Shown: in pieces, positions 30,547-40,722 of the stretch
Position numbering within the stretch: the first letter of the stretch is position 1
Layout: each line of letters starts with the position of its first letter
Assembly: GCA_016207275.1 (NCBI GenBank)
Contig: JACQPY010000009.1
Coordinates: 27,637-91,636 of the forward strand
From: Candidatus Kerfeldbacteria bacterium
GTDB lineage: Bacteria > Patescibacteriota > Patescibacteriia > SBBC01
Reading direction: 5' to 3'
Length of the DNA: 64,000 nucleotides
Made by a program: the position numbers and the translations under genes
Notes under the pieces: model-generated
What the model was told of the DNA's origin: nothing
Database searches by the model: none
The model's input: only the letters and a program-made list of their open reading frames with translations

Positions 30547-30954
30547 TCACCCGCTAATGATTTTGGCGTCGGAGTCGGCGCCGGTACTGATGTTGCCAGG
30601 GGACATGCCCCCGGCGTTCATCCTCCACGTCGCGTTCTGGTCCGTCGTCCGGCTCCAGATGAGGTCCGCGAGCTCGTTCGTGCTGATGCTCGGGGCGCCG
30701 CCGCAGATAGCGATCATCGCGTTCAGGTACGTCGTCGGGACGTCGAACGAGAAGATGATCTCGCAGACCTTGCTGTCGGGAGCCACGACCTCCGACGTGG
30801 GCACGGCATTCGGCAGGTTGGCCAGGTAAGCGACGTTGGTCGCGGTGGACGAGGGATGATTGGCCTGCGTCAACGTCGGCATGGTGGCGATGGTAACGAT
30901 CGCCATCACGAAGACGCTGAGCAGAATGAACGGAGCACCTCTGATTCGGTTCAC
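30547..30954 (-). CDS. Small secreted/membrane-anchored protein
   Basis: GAGGAGG SD before GTG; N-terminal hydrophobic helix. Confidence 0.6.
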   Translation of the reverse strand: MNRIRGAPFILLSVFVMAIVTIATMPTLTQANHPSSTATNVAYLANLPNAVPTSEVVAPDSKVCEIIFSFDVPTTYLNAMIAICGGAPSISTNELADLIWSRTTDQNATWRMNAGGMSPGNISTGADSDAKIISG

Positions 30955-31084
30955 GATGAACCTCCTCGAGAAGGTGATGCGTGTGTGCCACGACTGGCTT
31001 CCGTGTTCACCCCACACACGCTGAAGGTGAACTAGTTAAAAAAGCACTCCTGACGAGAGTTGTCAAGGGTAGTACCATGGATCC

Positions 31085-31228
31085 ATGACCAAGCCTCGTC
31101 CATCAACTAAGACCGAGCGCCGGGAAGTTCGAAAACGTCCAAAAATGAAAGTGACCGGTGCGAGCGTTAAGCTACTCCAACGTATTATCATCTCAAGGAG
31201 TCGTGGGAGCGTGCGCCGGTCATCCTGA
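31085..31228 (+). CDS. 47-aa basic protein
   Basis: MTKPRPSTKTERREVRKRPKMKVTGASVKLLQRII...; TACCAT 6 nt upstream. Confidence 0.5.
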   Translation: MTKPRPSTKTERREVRKRPKMKVTGASVKLLQRIIISRSRGSVRRSS

Positions 31229-31449
31229 CCCCGGTCCCCGACTTGATCGAGGAGACCCGGGGGAAGGATCTACAAGCACACCGATTGTATAATCTTTGAG
31301 GCACGTCTCCTTCTCGAGTCGTTTCCGGCGCCTCGGTCAAGCGGCTGCGTCAGATTATCGGCGCCAAAGGCAAGCATCCGTATTGACGGGTAGCCGCTTT
31401 CGTGGTAGGGTCCAATGGGCCTAGCTAGGCCTTTTATCTTCAACAGTCG

Positions 31450-31674
31450 ATGAAACAAATCTTCGATATCATTCAAATTGTGCTGGCCGTCATCCTTGTC
31501 GGTGCCATCTTATTGCAGAACAAAAGCGCTGGCCTGGGCGGCATCTTCGGCGGTGGCGAGGGCAACGTCTACAGCACCCGGCGCGGCGCCGAAAAAGTCC
31601 TGTTCATCGCCACCATCGTCCTGGCCGTATTGTTCTTCGCCAGCGCCCTAGCCTCGGTCATCGTGCGAGGGTAA
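31450..31674 (+). CDS. secG: Preprotein translocase subunit SecG
   Basis: ILLQ....GLGGIFGG...TRRGAEK; 2 TM. Confidence 0.92.
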   Translation: MKQIFDIIQIVLAVILVGAILLQNKSAGLGGIFGGGEGNVYSTRRGAEKVLFIATIVLAVLFFASALASVIVRG

Positions 31675-31688
31675 CGCCACGTCGCTCG

Positions 31689-33491
31689 GTGACCAACCCT
31701 CTGACCGCATTAATCCGCTGGGTTCGCTCCCGCCGCGCCGCTGGTGCGGCGAGTGTTGGTGACGATCCGCTGGCGCACCGTGAACGAGCCCTGGTCCATA
31801 CCTTGGCCAAGTCGCGCCTGCCCAGCCTGCGGCAGCTGCGCTACCTGTCCAAAGTACTGGCCCCAACTGAGCTATTTCTGGTCCGGGCGCTCAGCGGCTT
31901 CGTCGTCGTCGCCCTCATTTTTCTCGGCGCCCGCGCCTACGCCCGGAACGTCGTCCACCTACCACGGTCAGGCGGCGAAGTCGTCGAGGGGCTGGTCGGC
32001 ACGCCGCAGTACCTCAACCCGATCCTGCTCGGCACAAACGACGTCGATCGCGACCTGACTCGCCTGCTCTTCGCCGGCCTACTGAAACGCAACGAGCGAC
32101 AGGAGATTGTGCCCGACTTGGCGTCGTCAATCGACATCAGCGAAGACAAAAAAGTCTACACGGTTACGCTCCGCAACAACCTGCGCTGGTCAGACGGCGA
32201 GCCGCTCAACGTCGAGGACGCGCTGCTGACCTTCAGCCTGATCCAGGACCAGCTCTATAAAAGTCCGCTCCGCAGCCAATTCCGCAACGTCAAAATTGAA
32301 CGCCTTGACGACCAGACCATTCGTTTCACGCTCAACCAGGCCTCGGCCGCCTTCCTAGCCAGCCTGACCGTCGGCCTTATCCCGACCCACATTTGGGGGG
32401 ATGTGCCGCCAACCAGCTTCGCCCTGGTCGAGTATAACGTCAAGCCGGTCGGCGCCGGTCCCTTCACCTTTGAATCACTCAAGCGCGACGCCAGCACCGG
32501 CGCGATCAAAGAGTACCACTTGGCCCGTAACGACGGGTACCACGGCCAGCGACCCTACCTTGATCGTCTGTCGCTAAAAATTTTCCCCGAGTTGCTGTCC
32601 GCGGTTGATGCCCTCCAATCAAAACGAGTCGAGAGCCTCAGTGTGGTGCCGGCCGACGCCCGGATCACACTCAAGCAGGCCCAAGCCCGCGACCTCCAAC
32701 TTCCGCGCTACACCGCCGTCTTCTTCAATGGCCGCCGAAACCTCCTCAAACCGATTGAGGTTCGCCGAGCGCTGGCCCAAAGCATCCCGCGTGCCCAGAT
32801 CGTGATTGACATCCTCCACGGTGCCGCCACGGTCGTCGATGGGCCATTTGCCAGCGATCTACCTGGCCACGCCGGTAAACTCCAGCCAGACTACGATCCG
32901 GCCGCCGCCAACGCCGCGCTTGAGGCCGCCGGCTGGATCAAACCCGAGGGTTCCGCCGTCCGCAAAAAAGGGAACGACGAGCTGGCACTGACGCTGACCA
33001 TTGTCGACCAACCCGAGGACCGCGCCATCGCTGAACTCATCAAGCAGCAGTGGGAAGGGATCGGCGTCAAAGTCGAACTCCGACCGGTTGATGCCACGCT
33101 CATTGCTAAAGAGGTCATTAAACCGCGCAACTACGACGCCTTCCTCTACGGCGAAATCATGCCCGGCGACGGCGACCTCTACCCGTTCTGGCACTCGTCA
33201 CAGGATCGCGATCCCGGCCTTAACCTGACGACCTTTTTCAACAAAGATGCGGACAAGCTGTTGGAAGAGTTACGAACCACCACTGACCCGGCGGTGGTGT
33301 CTGAAAAGCGGATTGCTTTCCAGCGCCTCCTGGCTGAGCAGCTCCATGCTATTTTCCTCTACTCGCCGTACTACACCTACGGTTTGGCCAAGCGCGTCCA
33401 GGGCTTCGACGTCCGTTACGTGACTACGCCGGCCGACCGCTTCGCCAACATTGAACGCTGGTACGTTAAAACCAAAATAGCGCTCAAGTAG
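31689..33491 (+). CDS. Peptide ABC transporter substrate-binding protein (family 5)
   Basis: VPDLA, LR..LRWSDGEP....D...T, PVGAGPF. Confidence 0.88.
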   Translation: MTNPLTALIRWVRSRRAAGAASVGDDPLAHRERALVHTLAKSRLPSLRQLRYLSKVLAPTELFLVRALSGFVVVALIFLGARAYARNVVHLPRSGGEVVEGLVGTPQYLNPILLGTNDVDRDLTRLLFAGLLKRNERQEIVPDLASSIDISEDKKVYTVTLRNNLRWSDGEPLNVEDALLTFSLIQDQLYKSPLRSQFRNVKIERLDDQTIRFTLNQASAAFLASLTVGLIPTHIWGDVPPTSFALVEYNVKPVGAGPFTFESLKRDASTGAIKEYHLARNDGYHGQRPYLDRLSLKIFPELLSAVDALQSKRVESLSVVPADARITLKQAQARDLQLPRYTAVFFNGRRNLLKPIEVRRALAQSIPRAQIVIDILHGAATVVDGPFASDLPGHAGKLQPDYDPAAANAALEAAGWIKPEGSAVRKKGNDELALTLTIVDQPEDRAIAELIKQQWEGIGVKVELRPVDATLIAKEVIKPRNYDAFLYGEIMPGDGDLYPFWHSSQDRDPGLNLTTFFNKDADKLLEELRTTTDPAVVSEKRIAFQRLLAEQLHAIFLYSPYYTYGLAKRVQGFDVRYVTTPADRFANIERWYVKTKIALK

Positions 33492-33497
33492 CAACGA

Positions 33498-33558
33498 CTG
33501 ACATTTGACTTTTGACGTGTGACTAATGAATGTTAAGTTTGAGTAGTCAGAAGTCAAA
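33498..33558. repeat. Heptamer-repeat element remnant (TGACATT/TGACTTT ... AGTCAGA/AGTCAAA)
   Basis: 7-nt periodicity after the stop codon plus a short inverted arm. Confidence 0.55.
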
Positions 33559-33569
33559 TTTTTTCACAA

Positions 33570-33775
33570 GGGCGAGTGGTGAAATCCCGTACTATCCGCC
33601 TGCGGCGGAAGTACGGGACGGGCTGGCAGATTTACCCCGTACCAGAGGTGGGCGAGTGGCGGAACGGTAGACCCCGCACAACTCCTCACTTCGCTCGGAG
33701 TCTGCGGGGCAGGCGCACTTGGGAGAAAATGGTGGGCATGTGGCGGAACTGGCATACGCGTCCCGCCTAAGTGGT
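33570..33775 (+). pseudogene. Three stacked tRNA-Leu-like 5' portions
   Basis: GGGCGAGTGGTGAAA (33570), GGGCGAGTGGCGGAACGGTAGAC (33650), GGGCATGTGGCGGAACTGGCATACGCG (33734). Confidence 0.75.
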
Positions 33776-33862
33776 GCCGCGGTGGTGGAACTGGCAGACA
33801 CGCATGGTTCAGGGCCATGTTCCCGAAAGGGAGTGGGAGTTCAACTCTCCCCCGCGGCACCA
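33776..33862 (+). tRNA. tRNA-Leu(CAG)
   Basis: GCCGCGG...CCGCGGC-A-CCA; CATGG-TTCAGGG-CCATG; long variable arm. Confidence 0.96.
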
Positions 33863-33987
33863 CTTGTGCGGGATGACTGCAAGACCGTGAGGGTTTCCCG
33901 CCACCTTGATTCAAAAACTCAAATGATGGCGGGATCCCGTCCCCGCGTACGCGGGGAATGGCGGGACAACTCCCTCCTCGCCCACCA
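33863..33987 (+). pseudogene. Orphan tRNA-Leu-like 3' portion with a ~70-nt T-loop insert
   Basis: GAGGG-TT[insert]CAACT-CCCTC-CTCGCCC-ACCA; acceptor strand pairs with GGGCGAG. Confidence 0.78.
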
Positions 33988-34016
33988 ACCCCTCAAATAA
34001 TGCGACGGATTAAGAC

Positions 34017-34522
34017 ATGGACAACGTAATTTGGGTGGATGAAAACGATAAGGAGCTTGGGACCATCCTAGCCAGCAAGCCCATCGCGACGGTCTGCTTC
34101 ATAGAATTGCCGTCGTCTACCTGACTAAGGACAACGGTCAGATTTTAATCCAACAGCGAATGAGCGGACGGCTTGACCACTCATCAGCCGGACACGTCGA
34201 TCCAGGAGAAACCTACCGGCAGGCAGCTATCAGGGAATTACAAGAAGAGCTGGGCATCACCGGCGAATTAACTGAACTCGGCAAGACTATTTCAGATGAA
34301 ATCGAACCAGAAGCGAAACGCCAGCAAATTCGACATCTGTTCACCGTTTTCGAGTGTCGCGGCAATCCGGGTACGCTGGCAAAGGGCGAAGTGAAAAATG
34401 TTTGGTGGGCCGATCCGAAAAAAACGTATGAGGAAATGAAACGCGATCCTCATAACCAGAAATATTGTGGAGGATTTAAGGCCACATTGCGAATGTATTT
34501 GGAAAAGAAAAATCTGAAATAA
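34017..34522 (+). pseudogene. NUDIX/IDI-like hydrolase, frameshifted near 34080
   Basis: MDNVIWVDENDKELG in one frame; HRDGLLHR...AGHVDPGE...RELQEELG in another. Confidence 0.75.
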
Positions 34523-34863
34523 TCTCGTGTTAGCCTTGACAAATCCACAAAACTGATATATCCTACTACCTCGTACCAAATACCAACTACTAAATACCAT
34601 ATACCATCTCCCCATCGCGCCCAGAGGCTCGCCCCGCACTCGATCCTGAGCCTGTCGAAGGAGAGTAGTGCGGGGATAACACCGACATCTGCCTTTGCGC
34701 ACGACTTGTCCCGAGCTTAGCGAGGGATCTAGTGCCCAACGACTGCTGGTCCGGCCGAAATGGCCCATCCATCAGAACACAGCTCAATAATTCCATTCAG
34801 AACACCGTTTCTGTGTTGCGGTTAATCAAGAATCCTCTGACGTTTCTCTCTAACCTGAATTAC

Positions 34864-35040
34864 GTCGCTGCGGAAGCGGCGACGATCACCCTTCGAGAGC
34901 CTCAGGGTGACCCTGAGCAAGTCGAACGGGTCAGGGTGTCCGAAGGACGGGTCCCTAGCGGAGCCGCGACCAGCGACACCGTGCAGGGAAAGGGGGAGCA
35001 TCGGAGGGGGAAACCGTAGGTTTCCCACCCGAATATGTCA
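34864..35040 (+). repeat. Structured ~180-nt element, copy 1
   Basis: Colinear with 47480-47674, with compensatory changes in stems. Confidence 0.8.
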
Positions 35041-36798
35041 AAAAGACCAAAACCGCGCATGCGCCGGCCCGACGGCCCGCGCTACACGCGAAAACCAAAA
35101 CCGCTGCCGAAAGAAGGCGAGCGGACGCCCAGCGGCACGCATAATGTCCTCCGCCTAATCCCCCTGGGGGGGAATGAAGAAACCGGCGGACGCAACTGCT
35201 ACCTGATCCAGTACGGCCAGGACATCCTCGTCATTGACTTGGGCCTGCAATTTCCGGAAGACGACATGCCCGGCGTCGACTACATCATTCCGGACACGCG
35301 GTACTTGCGCGGCAAAGAAAAATCGATCCGCGGCGTGATTGTCACCCACGGCCACTACGACCACATCGGCGGCGTCCCCCACCTCGTTCCGCAGCTCGGC
35401 AACCCGATGATCTACGCCAGCAACCTGACCGGCGCCATGCTGCAGAAGAAAATGGAGGACGTCCACCCGGGCAAGAAGCTGCGCTTGCAGGCCGTCAAAA
35501 GCCGCGACCGGATCAAGCTCGGCCTGTTCTGGGTCGAGTTCTTTGCCCTGTCACACAACATTCCCGGCAGTCTCGGCGTGGTCATCCAAACCCCGGCCGG
35601 CATGGTCGTCCATACCGGCGACTTCAAGCTCGACACCCGCGCTCACGTTTCCAACCGCACCGACCTCGAATACATCAAGCGTCTTGGACAACGCAACGTC
35701 TTATGTCTGATGTGCGACTCGACCAACTCACCCGTGCCTGGTCACCAAATGTCCGAGTCAGACATTGAGGGCAACATCCAGGGGATGTTTACGCAGACCA
35801 AAGGCCGCATTCTGTTCGCCACCTTCTCGTCGCTGCTATCCCGCATCCAGCAGATTCTGACCCTGGCTGAAAAGTTCAACCGCAAGGTATTGGTCGAGGG
35901 CTTTTCGATGCGAACCAACATTGAAATCGGCCAGCAACTCGGCTACATCCGCGTCAAGTCGAACACCATCGTCAGCTGGGAACAAGCCAAGCATCTGCCG
36001 CCGAACCGCTATATCATCATGTGCACCGGCGCCCAGGGCGAGGACAACGCCGTGCTGATGCGGATCGCCAACCGCGAGCACAAGTACCTTCGCGTCGAAA
36101 AAGGCGACTTGATTGTCTTCTCGTCTTCGATCGTGCCGGGCAACGAGCGTTCGGTCGAACGGCTGAAGGACGGCTTGTACCGCGAAGGCGCCGACATCAT
36201 CGACTACAAAATGCTGGACATCCACGCCGGCGGTCACGCCAACGCTGGCGACATTATTGATTTCATCCGCATGGTTCGACCGAAGTACGTCATGCCGATC
36301 GAAGGCAGCTACTCGCACCTCATCGAGAACAAGAAAAACGCGATCAAAGCCGGCGTGCCGGAGCAACGCGTGCTGCTGGCCGACAACGGGCAGGTTGTCG
36401 AGTTCCACCATGGTCAGGGCTACGTTACAAGCCACCGCATCCCGATTGAGTACGTCTTCGTCGACGGCCTCGGCGTCGGCGACATCAACCACATCGTGCT
36501 GCGCGACCGCAAGCAGCTGGCTGAAGAAGGCATGGTCATCGTCGTCGCCCAGGTCACCCGCAGCGGCAAGGTCCAGCGCGTGGACGTAATTTCCCGCGGC
36601 TTCACCTTTATCCAAAACCAAGGGCGGCTCTTAAGCGAAGTGGTCCGCGAAGCCAAGCGCGCACTCCAAGACCGCGAACCGCGAACCGCCCCTGACCCGA
36701 AAGACCTGCGCGAAAAAATCCACCGCCACCTCGAAAAATTCCTGTTCCAGCGCACCCACCGGCTGCCGATGGTTTTACCCGTCATCGTTGAAGTATAA
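35035..36798 (+). CDS. rnj: Ribonuclease J
   Basis: PLGG.EE.G.N, THGHYDHIGG, HTGDFK, TGAQGE, HAGGHA. Confidence 0.95.
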   Translation: MSKRPKPRMRRPDGPRYTRKPKPLPKEGERTPSGTHNVLRLIPLGGNEETGGRNCYLIQYGQDILVIDLGLQFPEDDMPGVDYIIPDTRYLRGKEKSIRGVIVTHGHYDHIGGVPHLVPQLGNPMIYASNLTGAMLQKKMEDVHPGKKLRLQAVKSRDRIKLGLFWVEFFALSHNIPGSLGVVIQTPAGMVVHTGDFKLDTRAHVSNRTDLEYIKRLGQRNVLCLMCDSTNSPVPGHQMSESDIEGNIQGMFTQTKGRILFATFSSLLSRIQQILTLAEKFNRKVLVEGFSMRTNIEIGQQLGYIRVKSNTIVSWEQAKHLPPNRYIIMCTGAQGEDNAVLMRIANREHKYLRVEKGDLIVFSSSIVPGNERSVERLKDGLYREGADIIDYKMLDIHAGGHANAGDIIDFIRMVRPKYVMPIEGSYSHLIENKKNAIKAGVPEQRVLLADNGQVVEFHHGQGYVTSHRIPIEYVFVDGLGVGDINHIVLRDRKQLAEEGMVIVVAQVTRSGKVQRVDVISRGFTFIQNQGRLLSEVVREAKRALQDREPRTAPDPKDLREKIHRHLEKFLFQRTHRLPMVLPVIVEV

Positions 36799-36948
36799 AA
36801 TCGTCCCGAGCAAAGTCGAGGGATCTCCTTGTTTCCTATCCTCACCCGACCTCTCCTTGCAAAGGAGAGGGGTTTGTTAGCACCATTCCTCTCCTCGCCC
36901 CGTCGTGAGGAAAGGGTGGGTGAGGAGTGTTTGTGCTAAGATATCAGC

Positions 36949-37914
36949 ATGGAAGAACGTATCCTGTCCGGCATCCGCCCGTCCTCGCGCCTGCATATCG
37001 GCAACTACCTCGGCGCGATCAAGCAGTGGATTGAGCTCCAGCACCGCGCCCGCTGCTTTTTCATGATCGCCGACCTGCACGCTATTACCACGCCGTACGA
37101 GCCAGCGGAACTGCAACAGGCTATCCGCGACGTCGCCCTCGACTACCTGGCGGCCGGGCTTGACCATCATAAAGTAACACTCTTCGTCCAATCACACGTG
37201 CCTGAGCACGTTGAATTGGCCTGGCTGTTTTCTACGCTCGTGCCGGTTGGCGAACTCCACCGGATGACCCAGTTCAAAGAGAAAAGCACGAAGGCTTCGC
37301 TCGCGAACCTCGGCCTACTCGCCTACCCCGTACTCATGGCCGCAGACATTTTGATTTACCAAGCTCACGAAGTACCGGTTGGTGAAGACCAAACGCAGCA
37401 CGTTGAATTAGCACGCGTGATCGCCCGCAAGTTCAATGCTAAATACGGCCAGGTTTTTCCTGAGCCGAAAACAATCTTATCTGGCGGCAAACGCATCATG
37501 TCATTGTCCGACCCAAGTAAGAAAATGTCGAAGACCGATGGCGGCGGCATCCAGCTCGATGATTCCCCTGAGGTCATCAAGAAAAAAGTCATGAAAGCCG
37601 TCACCGCCACCAAAGGTGGGGAAGGCAACGCTGGCGTCATGAACCTATTCACCTTACTCAAAGAATTCAGCGATCCAACGACCTACCGGCAGTTCCTGAA
37701 CGCCGAAGAAACCGGCACCATCAAGTACGCCGAGCTCAAAGCGCAGCTGGCCGACGACATTGCTCGACACTTTGCCGCCTTCCGAGAAAAACGCAAAGCG
37801 TTGGCCGGCAACCACCGCTACCTCGAGGAAATTTTGAGTGCCGGCGCTGAGGAAGCCCGGGCCACGGCCAAAAAAACGCTCGACCAGGCAAAGCAGCTGA
37901 TGGGATTGGCATGA
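36949..37914 (+). CDS. trpS: Tryptophanyl-tRNA synthetase
   Basis: HIGNYLG, YPVLMAADIL, VGEDQ, KMSKT. Confidence 0.97.
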   Translation: MEERILSGIRPSSRLHIGNYLGAIKQWIELQHRARCFFMIADLHAITTPYEPAELQQAIRDVALDYLAAGLDHHKVTLFVQSHVPEHVELAWLFSTLVPVGELHRMTQFKEKSTKASLANLGLLAYPVLMAADILIYQAHEVPVGEDQTQHVELARVIARKFNAKYGQVFPEPKTILSGGKRIMSLSDPSKKMSKTDGGGIQLDDSPEVIKKKVMKAVTATKGGEGNAGVMNLFTLLKEFSDPTTYRQFLNAEETGTIKYAELKAQLADDIARHFAAFREKRKALAGNHRYLEEILSAGAEEARATAKKTLDQAKQLMGLA

Positions 37915-38588
37915 GAAAATCTATCCCGCTCATCCTCGCGCTCGTCATCCTCATGACTGTCACCCTGAGGCTCTCGAAGGGTGACGTTGCTTTCGCCGCC
38001 GCAAAATCGTTTGACATCGTCGCCACTTCATCCTCTTTTTCGCCATCATCCATTACCGTCGATCCAGGGGATGTCGTTACCCTCAACTTTTCCGTCCCGT
38101 CCACTGACAGTTACTGCTGCGGCCTCGACGTCCGCTCGTCAGCTTTCAGCACCGTCACCATTGCCAAGGGTGGCAGCGGCAACGCCACCTTCACTGCGTC
38201 GTCATCGTTCACTTTTTCCTCGTACTGGCCGGCCAGCTCAATCCACAAAGCTGATGGCACCGTCACGGTTCAAACTGCCGCCGTCCAACCACCAACCAAT
38301 ACGAATACGACTATCGTCAAGCCGACCATCAGCAAGGTCCAACCAGGAAAGTTCAAACAAAAAACCGAAGGCTCGTTTTCCATCATCATTACCGGCACCG
38401 AGTTCAAAACTGGAGCCGCAGTCAAAGTCGGTAAAGTCAAAGCCTCGAAAGTATCGCGCCTGTCCAGCACGAAACTCAAGGCCATCATTCCGCGAAAAAA
38501 CCTGGCCGCGGGCAAGTACGACGTTACCGTCACGAACAAAGACGGCGGGAAAACCACCAAGAAACGCGCCGTAACTATTGTGAAGTAG
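37911..38588 (+). CDS. Secreted cupredoxin-like plus IPT/TIG domain protein
   Basis: FSPSSITV..GD.V.L.F; PTISKVQP...ITGTEF..GA.V..G; GKYDVTVTN.DG. Confidence 0.65.
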   Translation: MRKSIPLILALVILMTVTLRLSKGDVAFAAAKSFDIVATSSSFSPSSITVDPGDVVTLNFSVPSTDSYCCGLDVRSSAFSTVTIAKGGSGNATFTASSSFTFSSYWPASSIHKADGTVTVQTAAVQPPTNTNTTIVKPTISKVQPGKFKQKTEGSFSIIITGTEFKTGAAVKVGKVKASKVSRLSSTKLKAIIPRKNLAAGKYDVTVTNKDGGKTTKKRAVTIVK

Positions 38589-38621
38589 CTGCGCCCCGCA
38601 CGGCCGCCTCGCCTTTTCCAT

Positions 38622-38691
38622 TGTCACCCTGAGGACACTCAGGGTCTCTGTTGATCAGGCGCAGGGATCCTGAAACGAGTTCAGGATGACA
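38622..38691. repeat. REP/BIME-like element
   Basis: TGTCACCCTGA...GATCCTGAAACGAGTTCAGGATGACA. Confidence 0.55.
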
Positions 38692-38751
38692 TGGCGGGAA
38701 CGAATAGCGACCGTGCGGGGCGCTTGACACAGCCGTTAGACTCAATTAAAG

Positions 38752-39675
38752 TTGCGCCAGTTCTGGAGGAACCAGAACGTTCGTTCACAACCCGCCTCGG
38801 ACGGAAAATCCGGTCGAATGACCGGAAAACGGCCGGCCTTGGCACTTCCGCCAGTAGGACATGTGGGCCTACTGGAAAGGAGGAACAAAACATGGTTCTT
38901 TCTTGCCATCGTGGCCGTCTGGTGGATCTTCTTGCTTACCAAAGTGCTACCGATGGTGAGCGGAGTAAACACCGCGGCTGGGGCGCTGGGCTGGGTGCTA
39001 GCCGTAATGGTTTGTGGCCTGATCGCCGTAGTTTCAACCGTTGTCACTCTCCACGTCCTCTGGCTGCCGGGCTACATCCGCTGCTACCTAATCGGCTGGC
39101 CAATGACCATGGAGGTCGTTGACGGTTGACTCCACCGTCACCTCGGTCACGAATCCAAGACCGGACGAGCCTTGTTTACCAGACACTACGGCCCGTGGCG
39201 AAAGATCGTAGCCTACGGCTACGCTGACTGGCCCCTGGTTCGTGAATCCCGCGGTTACATTACCCTTGGGCGGGAAAAGCGGTGGTTGCTGACCGTTGAT
39301 CGGGACACGGCCGCCGTACTCGTCTGTGAACTCCACTCGCTCGATTATCTGCCCGCTCTGGCGCTCCGCGGCGAGCGAGTCCAAGAGCTCCTGCAACGGC
39401 TCGGGACGAGACTGGCTGAGCAGCACCTGGCCGTGGCCGAAGACAAAGCTGGACTCGGCTTCACGCCGCGCGGCCAAGCGATGCGCCAGTGGCTGCGCGA
39501 ACTGACCGGTTGGGCTCATCAGGAGGCAGAGAACCTCAGTACGCCGTTCAGCAACGCGACCGGCAATCCACTTTCGCCCGCGGTCAACTTCATCAACGAA
39601 CAGGAGGAAAAGATCGAGGCCCGCCGTCGGAAGAAGCACCAGCCAGACGCACGCCCCGAGGCGGTTACGTCATAA
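38752..39675 (+). pseudogene. Membrane protein interrupted by one in-frame TGA (39127-39129)
   Basis: ORFs 38752-39129 and 39172-39675 share a frame with no other stop between them. Confidence 0.55.
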
Positions 39676-39755
39676 CTCCCGGAGCAATCCGGAACAGCTC
39701 GTCAACACCCCGAGGCAGGTTCGCAGCATCACCGCGGACCTGCCTCAGTCTTTTA

Positions 39756-40529
39756 TTACGCCTTACGTGCTGACACCGTCTCGCCGAGCAACCTCGTTGC
39801 CACTCGACTGAAAGCGACTGGATCGCCTGAGCACAAATAGGTAACGCTGCCTGCCTGCCCTTGAACGGGCAGTTTTTGGTTAGCCGTCAACACCCGCACC
39901 ACCTGTCGTGCCACGGCCGGTCCCGAATCGAGAACCACTACCATCGGCATCGCTTGTTCGATTTCCGGTCGCAAGAAGGGAAAATGCGTGCAGCCGAGCG
40001 CCACGACGTCAGCGCCAAAGGCCTCGACCTGTTCAGCCACCTGCATTACCGAGCTGCGAATCGTTGAACCGTCGAGTTCACCGCGTTCGACCAACAGCAC
40101 CCACTCAGGCAAGGCTAGCTCCAAAACCTGCAGGTCACGGGCGAACTGCTCTTTAAGGTCAGCATACGTTCGGCTGGTCAGCGTGGCGACGGTGGCCAAG
40201 ACCGCTATTTTGTTCGTCTTCGTCTGCTCGGCCGCGGTTTTCAGCACCGGCACGACCCCGACAATCGGCAGTTTCGGGTAATCCAACCGAAGCTGATTGA
40301 TCGCCACCGAGGTCGCGGCATTACAAGCCACCACCACCAGATCAGAATGATAGCGGAGCAGCGTTTGCACTGCCGCTTCACTCAGCTGCCGGATGTGCTC
40401 GTCTTTGCGCCCACCGTATGGCACATTGGCCGTATCGCCGAGGTACACAAAATCTTCATGTGGCAATAATTTGCGAACTTCTCGCAGGACCGATAGTCCG
40501 CCAACGCCAGAGTCAAAAACACCGATCAT
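39756..40529 (-). CDS. murI: Glutamate racemase
   Basis: IGVFDSGVGGLSV, ACNAAT, LGCTHFP. Confidence 0.95.
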   Translation of the reverse strand: MIGVFDSGVGGLSVLREVRKLLPHEDFVYLGDTANVPYGGRKDEHIRQLSEAAVQTLLRYHSDLVVVACNAATSVAINQLRLDYPKLPIVGVVPVLKTAAEQTKTNKIAVLATVATLTSRTYADLKEQFARDLQVLELALPEWVLLVERGELDGSTIRSSVMQVAEQVEAFGADVVALGCTHFPFLRPEIEQAMPMVVVLDSGPAVARQVVRVLTANQKLPVQGQAGSVTYLCSGDPVAFSRVATRLLGETVSARKA

Positions 40530-40572
40530 ACAAATCGACTATACCAAATAAAGCAAAAACGACAAAAGAAGG

Positions 40573-40690
40573 TTCTCGACTCCCCCGAATCAAGTTCTCG
40601 ACGCGGCCGCCGGTGGCGACCTTGCTCGAACGGGAACTATTTTTGTGTTGCTCTTCGAGCGACTCCCGCGGAAGCGGGAGGAGTCGAGAA
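40573..40690. mobile_element. MITE-like element
   Basis: 11-bp TIR TTCTCGACTCC/GGAGTCGAGAA with internal hairpins. Confidence 0.5.
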
Positions 40691-40722
40691 GCCTCAGTTG
40701 CTAAAGTTTTCAACCCAGGACG

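Noticed and set aside
39127-39129. Genetic code 25 or selenocysteine
   Set aside because: TGA terminates several core genes; no Cys-motif context or clear SECIS
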